NCBI GenBank assembly: GCA_040326155.1
Contig: JBEQLE010000048.1
Location: forward strand, 1 to 26,169
Source: Leptospirales bacterium
GTDB lineage: Bacteria; Spirochaetota; Leptospiria; Turneriellales; JAOUFE01
Direction: 5' to 3'
Length of the DNA stretch: 26,169 nt
Position 1 is the stretch's first letter. Each line of letters opens with the position of its first letter. The notes beneath the pieces are model-generated. The model saw only the letters and a program-made list of their open reading frames with translations, made no database searches and was not told where the DNA came from. Position numbers and translations under genes: made by a program. This document shows positions 1 through 8,482 of this stretch, piece after piece.

Positions 1-296
1 GTACCAATAAATTTGGCCGAAAACTCTCCATAACTTATTTATCCCAGTCATGTAACCATTTTCGCGATGGCAACCCAAAGTTAAATCGCTGGTACAAGAA
101 AAAAGAAAACAATATGCAAAAAGGGAAAATAAGAATGGCCATGATCAGGCGGGTTATTTCAGAAATTTATCAAATGCTTAAAAAAGAAGAATATCATATG
201 TTCAGGGAAGCAGAGAACCATGAGAAAAAGATGAAGGCATATTATAAGTTACTGGCTATTTAAAAATGTATAAAAGCCCTTGACGTTCTCATAGAC
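1..296 (+). mobile_element. Right end of an IS110-family insertion sequence
   Basis: The transposase stop is followed by a short tail with TTGACG (280-285) and CATAG (290-294), resembling the outward-facing -35 and terminus typical of IS110 right ends. Exact boundary inferred. Confidence 0.55.
3..263 (+). CDS. IS110-family transposase, C-terminal fragment (5' end outside window)
   Basis: Hand translation of frame 3 gives TNKFGRKLSITYLSQSCNHFRDGNPKLNRWY...KGKIRMAMIRRVISEIYQMLKKEEY...LLAI*. This matches the IS110 C-terminal pattern (K.G...L / Y / K.a.vA..R.l...iy.ml). Stop TAA at 261-263. Not in the ORF track. Confidence 0.75.
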   Translation, partial: TNKFGRKLSITYLSQSCNHFRDGNPKLNRWYKKKENNMQKGKIRMAMIRRVISEIYQMLKKEEYHMFREAENHEKKMKAYYKLLAI

Positions 297-392
297 GAGT
301 CTGTAGAATAAGTAAAAACAGGTGGCTGTAACCCCTCTAGATTGGCGTAGAAGGTAAAAAATCAGGCCTAAATTTACTTATTCTACAGCCTC
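297..392. mobile_element. 96-bp MITE-like element with 20-bp terminal inverted repeats
   Basis: GAGTCTGTAGAATAAGTAAA (297-316) versus TTTACTTATTCTACAGCCTC (373-392; reverse complement GAGGCTGTAGAATAAGTAAA) is 19/20 identical. No coding capacity. Confidence 0.6.
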
Positions 393-522
393 AACATATT
401 ATTCACTAAACCTACATTAACCGCCATACTCGCACCAAACTTGAGATTTATTTTTCGCACCCGTCTGACGGGTCGAAGTGGTTTGCTCCATTGTCACCAA
501 TGAACTTTAGCGACGCACTTTC

Positions 523-1299
523 CTAAAATTTTATTTTCATTAAATCTGGCTCCAGAAACTCGTAATTTAGAACCTGCTTCACTTTATGATTGCTTATGAT
601 CTTAAACGATTTCGTATCTGAAACTGCAAACTCTGGGACAGAGTTTCCAGTGGACGCAGCCGCTTGAGTGTAGAATTCTCTTTTAGTGGGATGAGTATCA
701 GCACAACAATTGAAAACTTCATCCCAGACTTCTTGTTCGACGATTTGGGCGAGAATTTTAATGCAGTCATCGCGATGAATAAGATTTACATTGGAGTCAG
801 GATTACGAATAAGCTTTCCCTTGCTAAAAAACATTCCGGGGTTTCGGTTGTAACCAATTAATCCCCCAAATCGAACAATAGTGGTTTTAATTTTATCGCA
901 GTTTCTAAACACATTTTCAATTGTAAATAAAGGGCTTGTTGTTGACTCTTCACCATCTGACTCTGAGATTGTTTTGTTCTTGTTTTCATAAACTGAAGTG
1001 GAACTAACAAATAAGACACTTTCTATTTCAGATTTTTCAATTTCTTTTAGCAGGCCTCTGAAAGCCTCGGGGTTTTTGGACGGTATATTAACTATTAAAA
1101 TATCAGCGTGCAGAAAGGTTTGAATGTTTTCGGGTAACTTCTCAATATCAAGGAGGAAGGGTTCAGCCTTAATGGACGTTAGTTTTGGCAGGCGATTTGT
1201 TGATGTTGTCGAAGCTTTGACAATGTGACCCATCGAAATAAAATACTGAGCTAAGGGGCGCCCAAGCCAACCACTTCCTAATATGCTTATAGTTTTAAT
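523..1299 (-). CDS. NAD(P)-dependent oxidoreductase/epimerase, YeeZ-like atypical SDR; start non-canonical (ATT) or frameshifted
   Basis: The frame stays open upstream of the listed ATG (1233) and encodes IKTISILGSGWLGRPLAQYFIS (Rossmann GxGxxG). Downstream motifs FVSSTSVY, IVRFGGLIG and NLIHRDD are present. Confidence 0.8.
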   Translation of the reverse strand: MKTISILGSGWLGRPLAQYFISMGHIVKASTTSTNRLPKLTSIKAEPFLLDIEKLPENIQTFLHADILIVNIPSKNPEAFRGLLKEIEKSEIESVLFVSSTSVYENKNKTISESDGEESTTSPLFTIENVFRNCDKIKTTIVRFGGLIGYNRNPGMFFSKGKLIRNPDSNVNLIHRDDCIKILAQIVEQEVWDEVFNCCADTHPTKREFYTQAAASTGNSVPEFAVSDTKSFKIISNHKVKQVLNYEFLEPDLMKIKF

Positions 1300-1496
1300 A
1301 CATTGATTTTCAAATAACTGGTTCAGTATGTCAATTATTTATCTTTATCTTGCGAGTCTACTGGCATCACCGGGCTCAACGCTTATAAAATATCGTATTG
1401 GGTGGCGAAGGCTTTTTTAATTCTAAAAAAGCCGAAGACAGGGAAAAGGCGATCTTCGCGTGGAGGAAAAAACGCACTTTTCCCCTTTTATGGTTA

Positions 1497-1955
1497 TTAT
1501 AGAATAATTTTTTGAGGTAAAAGGACTTTATGTGATATGTATCTGCCTGTGGGGATGTTTTGTATCTTGCGTATGCGGGAGGGTGTTTGGTTGTTTTGCG
1601 TTATACCTTGAAAAGTTCCATCGGACTCTTTACGATAGCCTTTGAAAGTCCAGTCGATTTTATATTCAGCTCCGGGACGAAGGTCGCCTATTTTTTTCTC
1701 TGCCGCAAAGTCCCAGCGGTCAATTCGATATTGAAGATATACGGCCACCCCTTTTTCATCGTAAAAGATTAAGTCGTTGCCGATTTTCCCCTGGTAACGC
1801 AATATAGAAACGTAATTTTTATTTTCGTTTAGATCAGTTTCAGAAAGGCTTTGGGCTTCGAGAATAAAAAGAGACGGTAACAAGAATAAAAGTAAAACCA
1901 GTCCGCTCGTTTTCGATATCAACTTTTTGGGAAGCAGTGAACTAAATACATGCAT
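1497..1955 (-). CDS. Hypothetical exported protein
   Basis: 152-aa ORF with a hydrophobic N-terminal segment ending ..LEAQ. Starts 2 nt after the HEAT gene stop. Confidence 0.7.
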   Translation of the reverse strand: MHVFSSLLPKKLISKTSGLVLLLFLLPSLFILEAQSLSETDLNENKNYVSILRYQGKIGNDLIFYDEKGVAVYLQYRIDRWDFAAEKKIGDLRPGAEYKIDWTFKGYRKESDGTFQGITQNNQTPSRIRKIQNIPTGRYISHKVLLPQKIIL

Positions 1956-1957
1956 TT

Positions 1958-3052
1958 TTATTTCTCTTTTTCTTTCTCTTTGTCTTTCTTCTTTGAATCA
2001 GGTTTTTCACCGCGAATTTTTACCAAGGCTTCTTCAGCCGATTTACGAACAGATTTACTCGGATCATTTTTTTCTTTATATTCCAGAAGATCGATATATT
2101 CCCGACCACCAAGATCGCCCAGGTGAATAATGGCTGCTTTTCGCGTACTTGCATCGTTACTTTTTGTCATCTCGATTAAAATATTTTTTACTTTGGGGTC
2201 GCCCATTATGGTTAAAGCGGCAAGCAATTTTAAGCGGTAGCGAAAATGTTTCTTTTTCTCATCAATATCATCGATAGCTTCCAGCTTATCTAACTCTTTA
2301 TTAAAAACTTCACCGGCGGGTTTATACTTTAATTTCCCCAGAGAGTAAGCGGAGGTCCCTCTTACTCCTAAATCTTCTTTCTCGTCAGTCACTCTGGACA
2401 TTAAATATTCTTTAATTTCCTCTGGCAATTTTTTAATTTCAGAATAATAACGGATGATATATATTTTATACGTTGGTAAAGTTTTCTCTTCTTTAAGTTT
2501 TTCCATAAAGAAGTCAACCAATGTGGGGTCTTTAAAATATGTCAGAACCAGAAACATCTCGTCAATTTTACCCGAAAGTTTTTTATAATCGACTTCTTCT
2601 TTTAAGTACGTATTAATTCTTGGTACAACTTCTTTTATATTTTTCTTTCGACAATGAGAGAGTACGGCAATAACAACAGGACTAGACGCCGAGTCGAAAA
2701 AGACAAGTACATCTTTGTCGAGATCATTCCATTCGACTTTTGCTAAAAGATCAATTAAAGTGCGTTGAACCCCAGGGTCTTTGCTTGTCAACAATACCTT
2801 TAGATCAGCAATAACTTTCTTCTGGTCTTCCTTTTCCAGTTTACCAATACGCTTAATTGCTAAAACAATCTGCTCTGCGTGACCATAATGCAACGTATCT
2901 TTTATGCGCTCAATTTCAGTTTTAGCTTTTTTGGTATCTTCAGCCTTATCCTTTTTTTTGTCTTTCTTGTCTGAACCGGCGCCCTCAACGGTAAAAGCGC
3001 CGGCAGAACTCATTAAAAAAATAGCTGTTAATAAAACTGACCGGGTTCTCAT
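1958..3052 (-). CDS. HEAT-repeat protein with signal peptide
   Basis: Helical repeats (VRGTSAYSLGKL, TRKAAIIHLGDLG, VRKSAEEALVKI) and signal peptide MRTRSVLLTAIFLMSSAGA. ATG 3052 is preferred because it lies 1 nt after the TPR gene stop. Confidence 0.8.
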   Translation of the reverse strand: MRTRSVLLTAIFLMSSAGAFTVEGAGSDKKDKKKDKAEDTKKAKTEIERIKDTLHYGHAEQIVLAIKRIGKLEKEDQKKVIADLKVLLTSKDPGVQRTLIDLLAKVEWNDLDKDVLVFFDSASSPVVIAVLSHCRKKNIKEVVPRINTYLKEEVDYKKLSGKIDEMFLVLTYFKDPTLVDFFMEKLKEEKTLPTYKIYIIRYYSEIKKLPEEIKEYLMSRVTDEKEDLGVRGTSAYSLGKLKYKPAGEVFNKELDKLEAIDDIDEKKKHFRYRLKLLAALTIMGDPKVKNILIEMTKSNDASTRKAAIIHLGDLGGREYIDLLEYKEKNDPSKSVRKSAEEALVKIRGEKPDSKKKDKEKEKEK

Positions 3053-3053
3053 A

Positions 3054-5525
3054 TTACATCGAGTCAATCATTTCCTGAATCGCGTCACGATCAGGATGAT
3101 TCGGGTGTACCCGTAGTAGTTTTTGTAGCGTCTCTTTTGCCCGGGGTTTATCATTCAACTTTCGATAATATAACAAACCGAGTCTTTCTAAAGCAAGTTT
3201 ATGGTTCGGGTCTCTGCTCAATACCGCCTGGTATTGAGTTTTTGCCTTTTCGTACTGCCCCGCTTCATCCAGTGAAATTGCTAAAACAATTCTGGTTGTG
3301 TTATCTTTCGGCCTCGAAAGCACTGCTGCGTTATAAGGTCTTATCGCCTTGTCATACTTTTTTTCTTTATAGTACAAATTACCAAGGTTTGAATTGGCGT
3401 CAAAAGAAGTGGCTCGAATTTCCAAAGCCTTTAAATAATACTCTTCAGCTTGCTCGTTTAAACCCTGTTCATCATAAATACGAGCGGTATTCAAATGAGG
3501 CTCAAAATAATTATTATTATATTTAATCGCCGTCATGTAATAATTCAAAGCCTCTGTGGCGTTTTTCGAGGTTTGGGCTAACTTACCAAGTTCATAATAT
3601 ACCTTGGGGTCCTTCTCTTTGTATGTCAGAATTTGCTCGAAAGCTTCTTTCGCTGCGCTGAGTTTTCCCATTTCGGCGTAAACCAGACCAAGATTAAAAG
3701 CTGCTTCATAGTGCTTTGAATTTATGGACAAAGCTTTCTTCAACGCGCTTTCGGCGTCGGTATAACGTTTCAGTTTTTTATAGATCTCCCCTTTCTGGTA
3801 AAGGGTATCGGGGTTGCCGGGGTCTAACTCGTCAGCTTTCGTAATGGCTTCTAATGCTTTCTCATACTTATTCACTTTTTTATACGATATTGCGAGATTT
3901 ACCCAGGCTGCGACTTTCTCCGGTGCGTAATCAAGCGCAAGTCGATAATCTTTAATAGCGTCATTGTCTTTTTTAAGTTGGTCATTCGATAAACCAGCCA
4001 TATAATGAGCATTATAATATTCTGGTTTTAAAGCAGTCGCTTTTCGAAAAGACCCGAGCGCTTTCTTATACCAGGTTTTCTTAAAGTAAAGCATACCTAA
4101 ATAATAAAATGATTTTGCATTATCAGGTTCTTTTTTAATCGACTCTTCGAGACTTGCTATAGCTGAATCGACTTTATTCTGATTCGCCTGGGACCGCCCG
4201 ATAAAATAATCGATCTCGCCTATTTCCCAATCTATCTTTTTTGCCTGTTTGAATAATGATTCGGCTTCGGGATATTTTTTGGCTTTAAAAGCAGCTTTTG
4301 CTTCTTCAATAAGGTTTGCCAAATCTTCAGGAGAGGTTCCGTCGCCATTGTCGGCTCCGTCGCCATTGCCGCTTCCGTCGCCATTACCGTTTCCTTCGCC
4401 ATTACCGCTTCCTTCGCCATTACCGCTTCCTTCGCCATTACCGCTTCCTTCGCCATTGCCGCTTCCTTCGCCATTGCCGCTTCCTTCGCCATTGCCGCTT
4501 CCTTCGCCATTACCGCTTCCTTCGATATTACGCTTTTTATTGGCGGCGTCGTATGCACTTTGGTAGCGTTTCAGAAGTGATTCATTGTTGGGGTCCTGGG
4601 CCATCGCAGTTTTGTAATAAGGCAGAGACTTTTCGACTTCGCCTCGGTAATTATAGATATCCGCTAAACGTGCGTTGGAAGGTCCATGGTTCGGATCTAC
4701 CTGTAAGGCTTTTTCCAGCTCTTGAATCTCTTTATCTATTTCACCAGAATCCTGGTAAATTTTAGAACGCGCAAAGTAATAATCAGCGTTATTCGGATCG
4801 AGTCCAATGGCATCATTAAAAGCTTTCATCGCTTCTTTAATTCTTCCATCTTTATAATATTGCTTTCCCAGGTTATAAAAACCATCCGGATTATCGGGGT
4901 TCTTACGAATATAATCGTATAGTTGGTCATAACCTGCTTTTGAGTCGCCGCGCAAAAAGGCCTGGTTTGCCAGGTTTTCATGACCGGCCGGGTCTTCAGG
5001 GTCGACTTTAATCGCGCTCTTATATTCTTTGGTCGCCTTTTCCGTCTCTTTTTGACTATCGTAAAGGTTTCCCTTTTCGTTATAGGCATCCGGATTTGAT
5101 TCATCCAAATTTTTTGCCATCTCGTAATATTTATGAGCTTCTTTATCGTGACCCGCTTTTTCAAGCGCGTCAGCCAGATCTAGCAATATCTGGTATTTGT
5201 CTTCTTTGGGAGCATTTTGTTTTTCGGCCAGCTCATAAGCTGTTTTCAAGGTATCGATCGCCTCAGGATACCTTTCCATTGTTTTATACAATCTGCCAAG
5301 TTCGTGGTAGTTTTTATAATTATCAGGATCGTACTCAATCAGTTTTTTAAGCCCATCGAGTTGTCGATTTAGATCAGCATCAACCGAGTCAGGGCTAAGG
5401 TTTTCAAATTGCTGGTTCTCTTTATAATTGCTATAAAAGTGGTATGCCACAGTTGCGCCAACAATTGAGAATATGGCCAACAGGGCTATAAGCCGTTTTT
5501 TATTATTTTTTTTATCTTCTTCCAT
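3054..5525 (-). CDS. Membrane-anchored tetratricopeptide-repeat protein with central Gly/Asn-rich linker
   Basis: N-terminal basic stretch plus TM helix, followed by many 34-aa TPR motifs (e.g. GFYNLGKQYYKDGRIKEAMKAFNDAIGLDPNN) in two blocks. Confidence 0.9.
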   Translation of the reverse strand: MEEDKKNNKKRLIALLAIFSIVGATVAYHFYSNYKENQQFENLSPDSVDADLNRQLDGLKKLIEYDPDNYKNYHELGRLYKTMERYPEAIDTLKTAYELAEKQNAPKEDKYQILLDLADALEKAGHDKEAHKYYEMAKNLDESNPDAYNEKGNLYDSQKETEKATKEYKSAIKVDPEDPAGHENLANQAFLRGDSKAGYDQLYDYIRKNPDNPDGFYNLGKQYYKDGRIKEAMKAFNDAIGLDPNNADYYFARSKIYQDSGEIDKEIQELEKALQVDPNHGPSNARLADIYNYRGEVEKSLPYYKTAMAQDPNNESLLKRYQSAYDAANKKRNIEGSGNGEGSGNGEGSGNGEGSGNGEGSGNGEGSGNGEGSGNGEGNGNGDGSGNGDGADNGDGTSPEDLANLIEEAKAAFKAKKYPEAESLFKQAKKIDWEIGEIDYFIGRSQANQNKVDSAIASLEESIKKEPDNAKSFYYLGMLYFKKTWYKKALGSFRKATALKPEYYNAHYMAGLSNDQLKKDNDAIKDYRLALDYAPEKVAAWVNLAISYKKVNKYEKALEAITKADELDPGNPDTLYQKGEIYKKLKRYTDAESALKKALSINSKHYEAAFNLGLVYAEMGKLSAAKEAFEQILTYKEKDPKVYYELGKLAQTSKNATEALNYYMTAIKYNNNYFEPHLNTARIYDEQGLNEQAEEYYLKALEIRATSFDANSNLGNLYYKEKKYDKAIRPYNAAVLSRPKDNTTRIVLAISLDEAGQYEKAKTQYQAVLSRDPNHKLALERLGLLYYRKLNDKPRAKETLQKLLRVHPNHPDRDAIQEMIDSM
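4344..4523 (-). repeat. In-frame 18-bp tandem repeat, 10 units encoding (E/D)GSGNG-like hexapeptides
   Basis: GCCATT(A/G)CCGCTTCCTTC units on the + strand. Protein: 7x EGSGNG, then EGNGNG, DGSGNG, DGADNG. Confidence 0.95.
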
Positions 5526-5550
5526 AATTTCCTTATCGTCCCTTTTCCAG

Positions 5551-5589
5551 AAAATCAGTAGATTTTTTATTAAAAATCAGTAGATTTTT
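5551..5589. promoter_or_regulatory. Tandem pair of palindromic 17-bp boxes upstream of the TPR operon (candidate operator)
   Basis: AAAATCAGTAGATTTTT at 5551-5567 and 5573-5589 (22-bp period). Each has the form AAAATC-N4-GATTTT. Confidence 0.45.
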
Positions 5590-5627
5590 CCTAAAAGTCA
5601 ATACAATTTTATCAATAATACAGACGC

Positions 5628-5652
5628 AAAAAAACCCGACTTGCGGGTTTTT
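5628..5652 (-). terminator. Intrinsic terminator of rplM-rpsI
   Basis: Minus strand AAAAACCCG-CAAGT-CGGGTTTTTTT forms a hairpin plus T tract about 70 nt after the rpsI stop. Confidence 0.75.
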
Positions 5653-5723
5653 CTTTTATATTTGAGACAATAATACAAAACTCTTTGCTCAATTTCCAAT
5701 AAAATGGAGCAAAGATGCAAAGA

Positions 5724-6551
5724 TTATCGTTTTGAGAACTGAGAAGCTCGACGAGCTTTGTGTAGTCCGTATTTTTTTCGTTCCACCATACGAGAGTCTC
5801 TGGTTAAGAAACCTGCATCTCTCAGTTGTTTATGGTGTTCAGGGCTGGCTTCATCAAGAGATCTGGAAATACCCATACGAGCAGCTTCAGCTTGTCCTGT
5901 GTTTCCACCGCCATGGACATTTATTTTAATATCATAAGTTTTTGTAAAACCGGTCAGTTCAAGAGGTTGGCGTACTTTGCGAACATCAGCCGGTTTTTTA
6001 AAGAATTCTTCAAGAGGTTTTTTATTTACTGTAATGATGCCACTGCCTTTAACCATTTTAACGCGAGCAACAGCATTTTTACGACGACCCGTAAATATTT
6101 CCCCTACTCGTTTTTCAGAAGAAGTTTTTGGCTCGGGTTTCGTATGCACTGGCTTCCCTTCAGTCTTGGCTTTAGCTACAGGCTTTGCTGCTGGTTTGGC
6201 TTCGGCTTTAACTGCAGGTTTTGCTTCGGCTGCGGGTTTTGCTTCAGCTACAGGTTTTACTTCTGCTGCAGGTTTTGCTTCTGCTGCAGGTTTTGCTTCG
6301 GCTGCGGGTTTTGCTTCTGCTGCAGGTTTTGCTTCTGCTGCAGGTTTTGCTTCTGCTGCAGGTTTTGCTTCTGCTGCAGGTTTTGCTTCTGCTGCGGGTT
6401 TTGCTTCAGCTGCAGGTTTTGCTTCTGCTGCGGGTTTTGCTTCAGTTGCTGGTTTTGCTTCTGCTGCTGGTTTTGCTTCTGCTTCAGGTTTTGCTTCGGC
6501 TGCGGGTTTTTTTTCTTCCTCAGAAGAGTTTTCGTTATTTATTTCAGACAT
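5724..6551 (-). CDS. rpsI: 30S ribosomal protein S9 with long N-terminal Ala/Glu/Lys/Pro extension
   Basis: TGRRKNAVARV, VHGGGNTGQAEAARMGISR and LTRDSRMVERKKYGLHKARRASQFSKR. Follows rplM, with GAGG RBS before ATG 6551. Confidence 0.97.
   Translation of the reverse strand: MSEINNENSSEEEKKPAAEAKPEAEAKPAAEAKPATEAKPAAEAKPAAEAKPAAEAKPAAEAKPAAEAKPAAEAKPAAEAKPAAEAKPAAEAKPAAEVKPVAEAKPAAEAKPAVKAEAKPAAKPVAKAKTEGKPVHTKPEPKTSSEKRVGEIFTGRRKNAVARVKMVKGSGIITVNKKPLEEFFKKPADVRKVRQPLELTGFTKTYDIKINVHGGGNTGQAEAARMGISRSLDEASPEHHKQLRDAGFLTRDSRMVERKKYGLHKARRASQFSKR
6216..6503 (-). repeat. In-frame 18-bp tandem repeat, 16 units encoding AAEAKP and variants
   Basis: 288 nt of (A/G)GGTTTTGCTTC(T/G/A)GCTGC-type units within the rpsI 5' region. 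Confidence 0.95.
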
Positions 6552-6569
6552 ATATTACCTCTTGGTCTT

Positions 6570-7031
6570 TTATAGCGTTATCGCTACGGGCTTTTGAGAT
6601 TCCATTCCATGATCATCACCATTAAAAACACGGATTCTGGTTAATAGCTTACTGCCAACTTTATTTTTTGGAAGCATACCTTTTATAGCGTGGGTCATAA
6701 TTTTTGCAGGGTCTCTTTCCATTTGTTCGCGCATAGTACGAGCTTTAATACCACCGAAATAACCGGTATGCCAATAGTATTTTTTGGTATCCATTTTATT
6801 CCCGGAAACACGAATTTTCCCTGCATTTGTAATAATAACTTTATCGCCGATGAGAGTTCCCGGCTGAAAATTAGGCTTATTTTTGCCCATTAGCTGTTGA
6901 GCGACTTTAGATGCAAAACGCCCCAAAATCTGGTCTTCTGCATTTACAACAACCCAATTCTCATTTAAGTCGTTTTTCTTTGGATAACTGCTTTTTTGTC
7001 CGTATAAAGGATCCATTTTCTCTCCCGTCAT
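6570..7031 (-). CDS. rplM: 50S ribosomal protein L13
   Basis: WVVVNAEDQILGRFAS, LMGKNKP, GDKVIITNA, YYWHTGYFGG and AIKGMLPKN. The start could be the second Met (7016). Confidence 0.97.
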   Translation of the reverse strand: MTGEKMDPLYGQKSSYPKKNDLNENWVVVNAEDQILGRFASKVAQQLMGKNKPNFQPGTLIGDKVIITNAGKIRVSGNKMDTKKYYWHTGYFGGIKARTMREQMERDPAKIMTHAIKGMLPKNKVGSKLLTRIRVFNGDDHGMESQKPVAITL

Positions 7032-7078
7032 TTTGAACTTTAGAGTTCAATTTGGATAATATTCAGTCAAAAATACAT

Positions 7079-7097
7079 ATTGACATGGCGTGTCAAT
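7079..7097. promoter_or_regulatory. Palindrome ATTGACA-N5-TGTCAAT in the divergent rplM / pseudouridine synthase intergenic region
   Basis: TTGACA on + (7080-7085) and on - (7096-7091). No convincing -10 at a 17-bp spacing on either strand. Confidence 0.4.
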
Positions 7098-7127
7098 GTT
7101 TTCCCTATCGAGTAGGAGAAAAATCGA

Positions 7128-7793
7128 GTGAGAATAGGAAAGTATTTATCAAGAGCTGGAATCTGTAGCCGACGAGAAGCTGCTGATTTCATAAAAAAGA
7201 GCCAGGTACTCTATAAAGGAGTTTTAGTCGAAAGGCTCGACATGGACATACCAGAAAGTGACAGCCTGGAAATAAATGGTAAAACAGTTCAACTGCCACT
7301 CAGTAACAAAGTATACATTTTAAACAAGCCACCCGGTTTTATTTGCTCCCATAAAGAACAATGGGGGAAAAAATCTATATTTCGACTGCTACCCAAAGAG
7401 TTATTTAATTACTATTTTGCAGGACGCCTGGACGAAAACTCCAGAGGTCTAGTCGTATTATCGAATGATGGAGACCTCGTGTACAACCTGACCCACCCTT
7501 CGAACAAAACCGTAAAAATCTACCATGTAGTTACCTCTCGCCCGCTTTCTAAAGAAGCAAAAGAAAAAATGATAGCCGGGTTATGGGACAAAGCGGAAAA
7601 ACTTTCAGCAGACCGAATCGATAATCTCGAAAAACCGGCACATTACGAAATGGAGCTGCACAGTGGGAAAAAAAGGGTCATACGAAGAATGATCGAAATG
7701 GTGGGAACATCCGTAGTCGACCTGGTTCGTATAAAAATGGGAAAATACGACCTGGACAATTTAGAACAGGGAAAGTATATAGAAAAGAATTAA
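7128..7793 (+). CDS. rRNA pseudouridine synthase, RsuA/RluB family
   Basis: S4-like N-terminus (RIGKYLSRAGICSRREA), LNKPPG, and catalytic GRLDENSRGL. GTG start after AGGAG. Confidence 0.92.
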   Translation: MRIGKYLSRAGICSRREAADFIKKSQVLYKGVLVERLDMDIPESDSLEINGKTVQLPLSNKVYILNKPPGFICSHKEQWGKKSIFRLLPKELFNYYFAGRLDENSRGLVVLSNDGDLVYNLTHPSNKTVKIYHVVTSRPLSKEAKEKMIAGLWDKAEKLSADRIDNLEKPAHYEMELHSGKKRVIRRMIEMVGTSVVDLVRIKMGKYDLDNLEQGKYIEKN

Positions 7794-7798
7794 CAGCA

Positions 7799-8482
7799 CT
7801 AGTCTATAAAAAATATACCAATAACCGTTATAAAATTCTGCATGGAGTGAATTATTATAGAAAGCATTATACTCTTTTTGTAAAGAGTCAGAGCAGACAA
7901 ATATAGAGATAGAATAAAAACCGGCAACCATGCCTGGCTTTCGTGTACAAGCGCGAAAATAAGACTGGTAAAAATAGCGGCGAAGACCTGACGCCACACG
8001 CCTGGTTTTTTCTTGCCGACGAAAAACTTCAATAAAAAGCCTCGGTAAGTAACCTCTTCATAAATTGGCGCAATAATCGTTGTTGCAATGGCAAATAAAA
8101 TCCAGGTTGGTTTGAGAGAGTCGAAGTCAATTTCTAAAAACTGTTCTGTGTCTAGTCCGATAAATTCAACTAAAGCCGTAATCAACATGGAGACCAAAAC
8201 CCATCCAAAAATAGCAAGTATTAACTCCATTGGATTTATATTACCACCCCAATAATACAGGTCGACTTTAACAAACCGAACCATTAAGGCAACATACAAC
8301 AGAAAAACAGAAGCTTGAGTGGATACCTGAATTAAAAAATGAGCGGAGCTCCACTGGGACACCACTTGAGGTAAAACCCCGATCAATACGAGACTCAACG
8401 AAAGCAGTAACGTGATGGCAAAGGGAACTAGAATAGATCCGAAAACAACGATGTTGCGGAGCGCTTTGCTTTTAGACTTCAT
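7799..8482 (-). CDS. CPBP (CAAX/Abi) intramembrane metalloprotease
   Basis: Multiple TM helices. Motifs APIYEEVTYRG, FALVH and IHSMQN. Confidence 0.9.
   Translation of the reverse strand: MKSKSKALRNIVVFGSILVPFAITLLLSLSLVLIGVLPQVVSQWSSAHFLIQVSTQASVFLLYVALMVRFVKVDLYYWGGNINPMELILAIFGWVLVSMLITALVEFIGLDTEQFLEIDFDSLKPTWILFAIATTIIAPIYEEVTYRGFLLKFFVGKKKPGVWRQVFAAIFTSLIFALVHESQAWLPVFILSLYLSALTLYKKSIMLSIIIHSMQNFITVIGIFFID

Noticed and set aside
1349..1485. Short matches (CTTGCGAG, ATCACCGGGCT, AAAAAAGCCGAAG) to the 14740-14820 region and local hairpins; possible attC
   Set aside because: The matches are 8-13 bp and in mixed orientation, there are no RYYYAAC/GTTRRRY boxes, and there is no integrase. 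Not distinguishable from chance.
4232..4765. Alternative-frame ORFs over the TPR repeat (MAKEAA, PSPLPL, RHYRFL)
   Set aside because: Shadow frames of a stop-free 18-bp repeat.
5732..6625. Antisense ORFs over rpsI
   Set aside because: Shadow frames of the AAEAKP repeat. rpsI is unambiguous.
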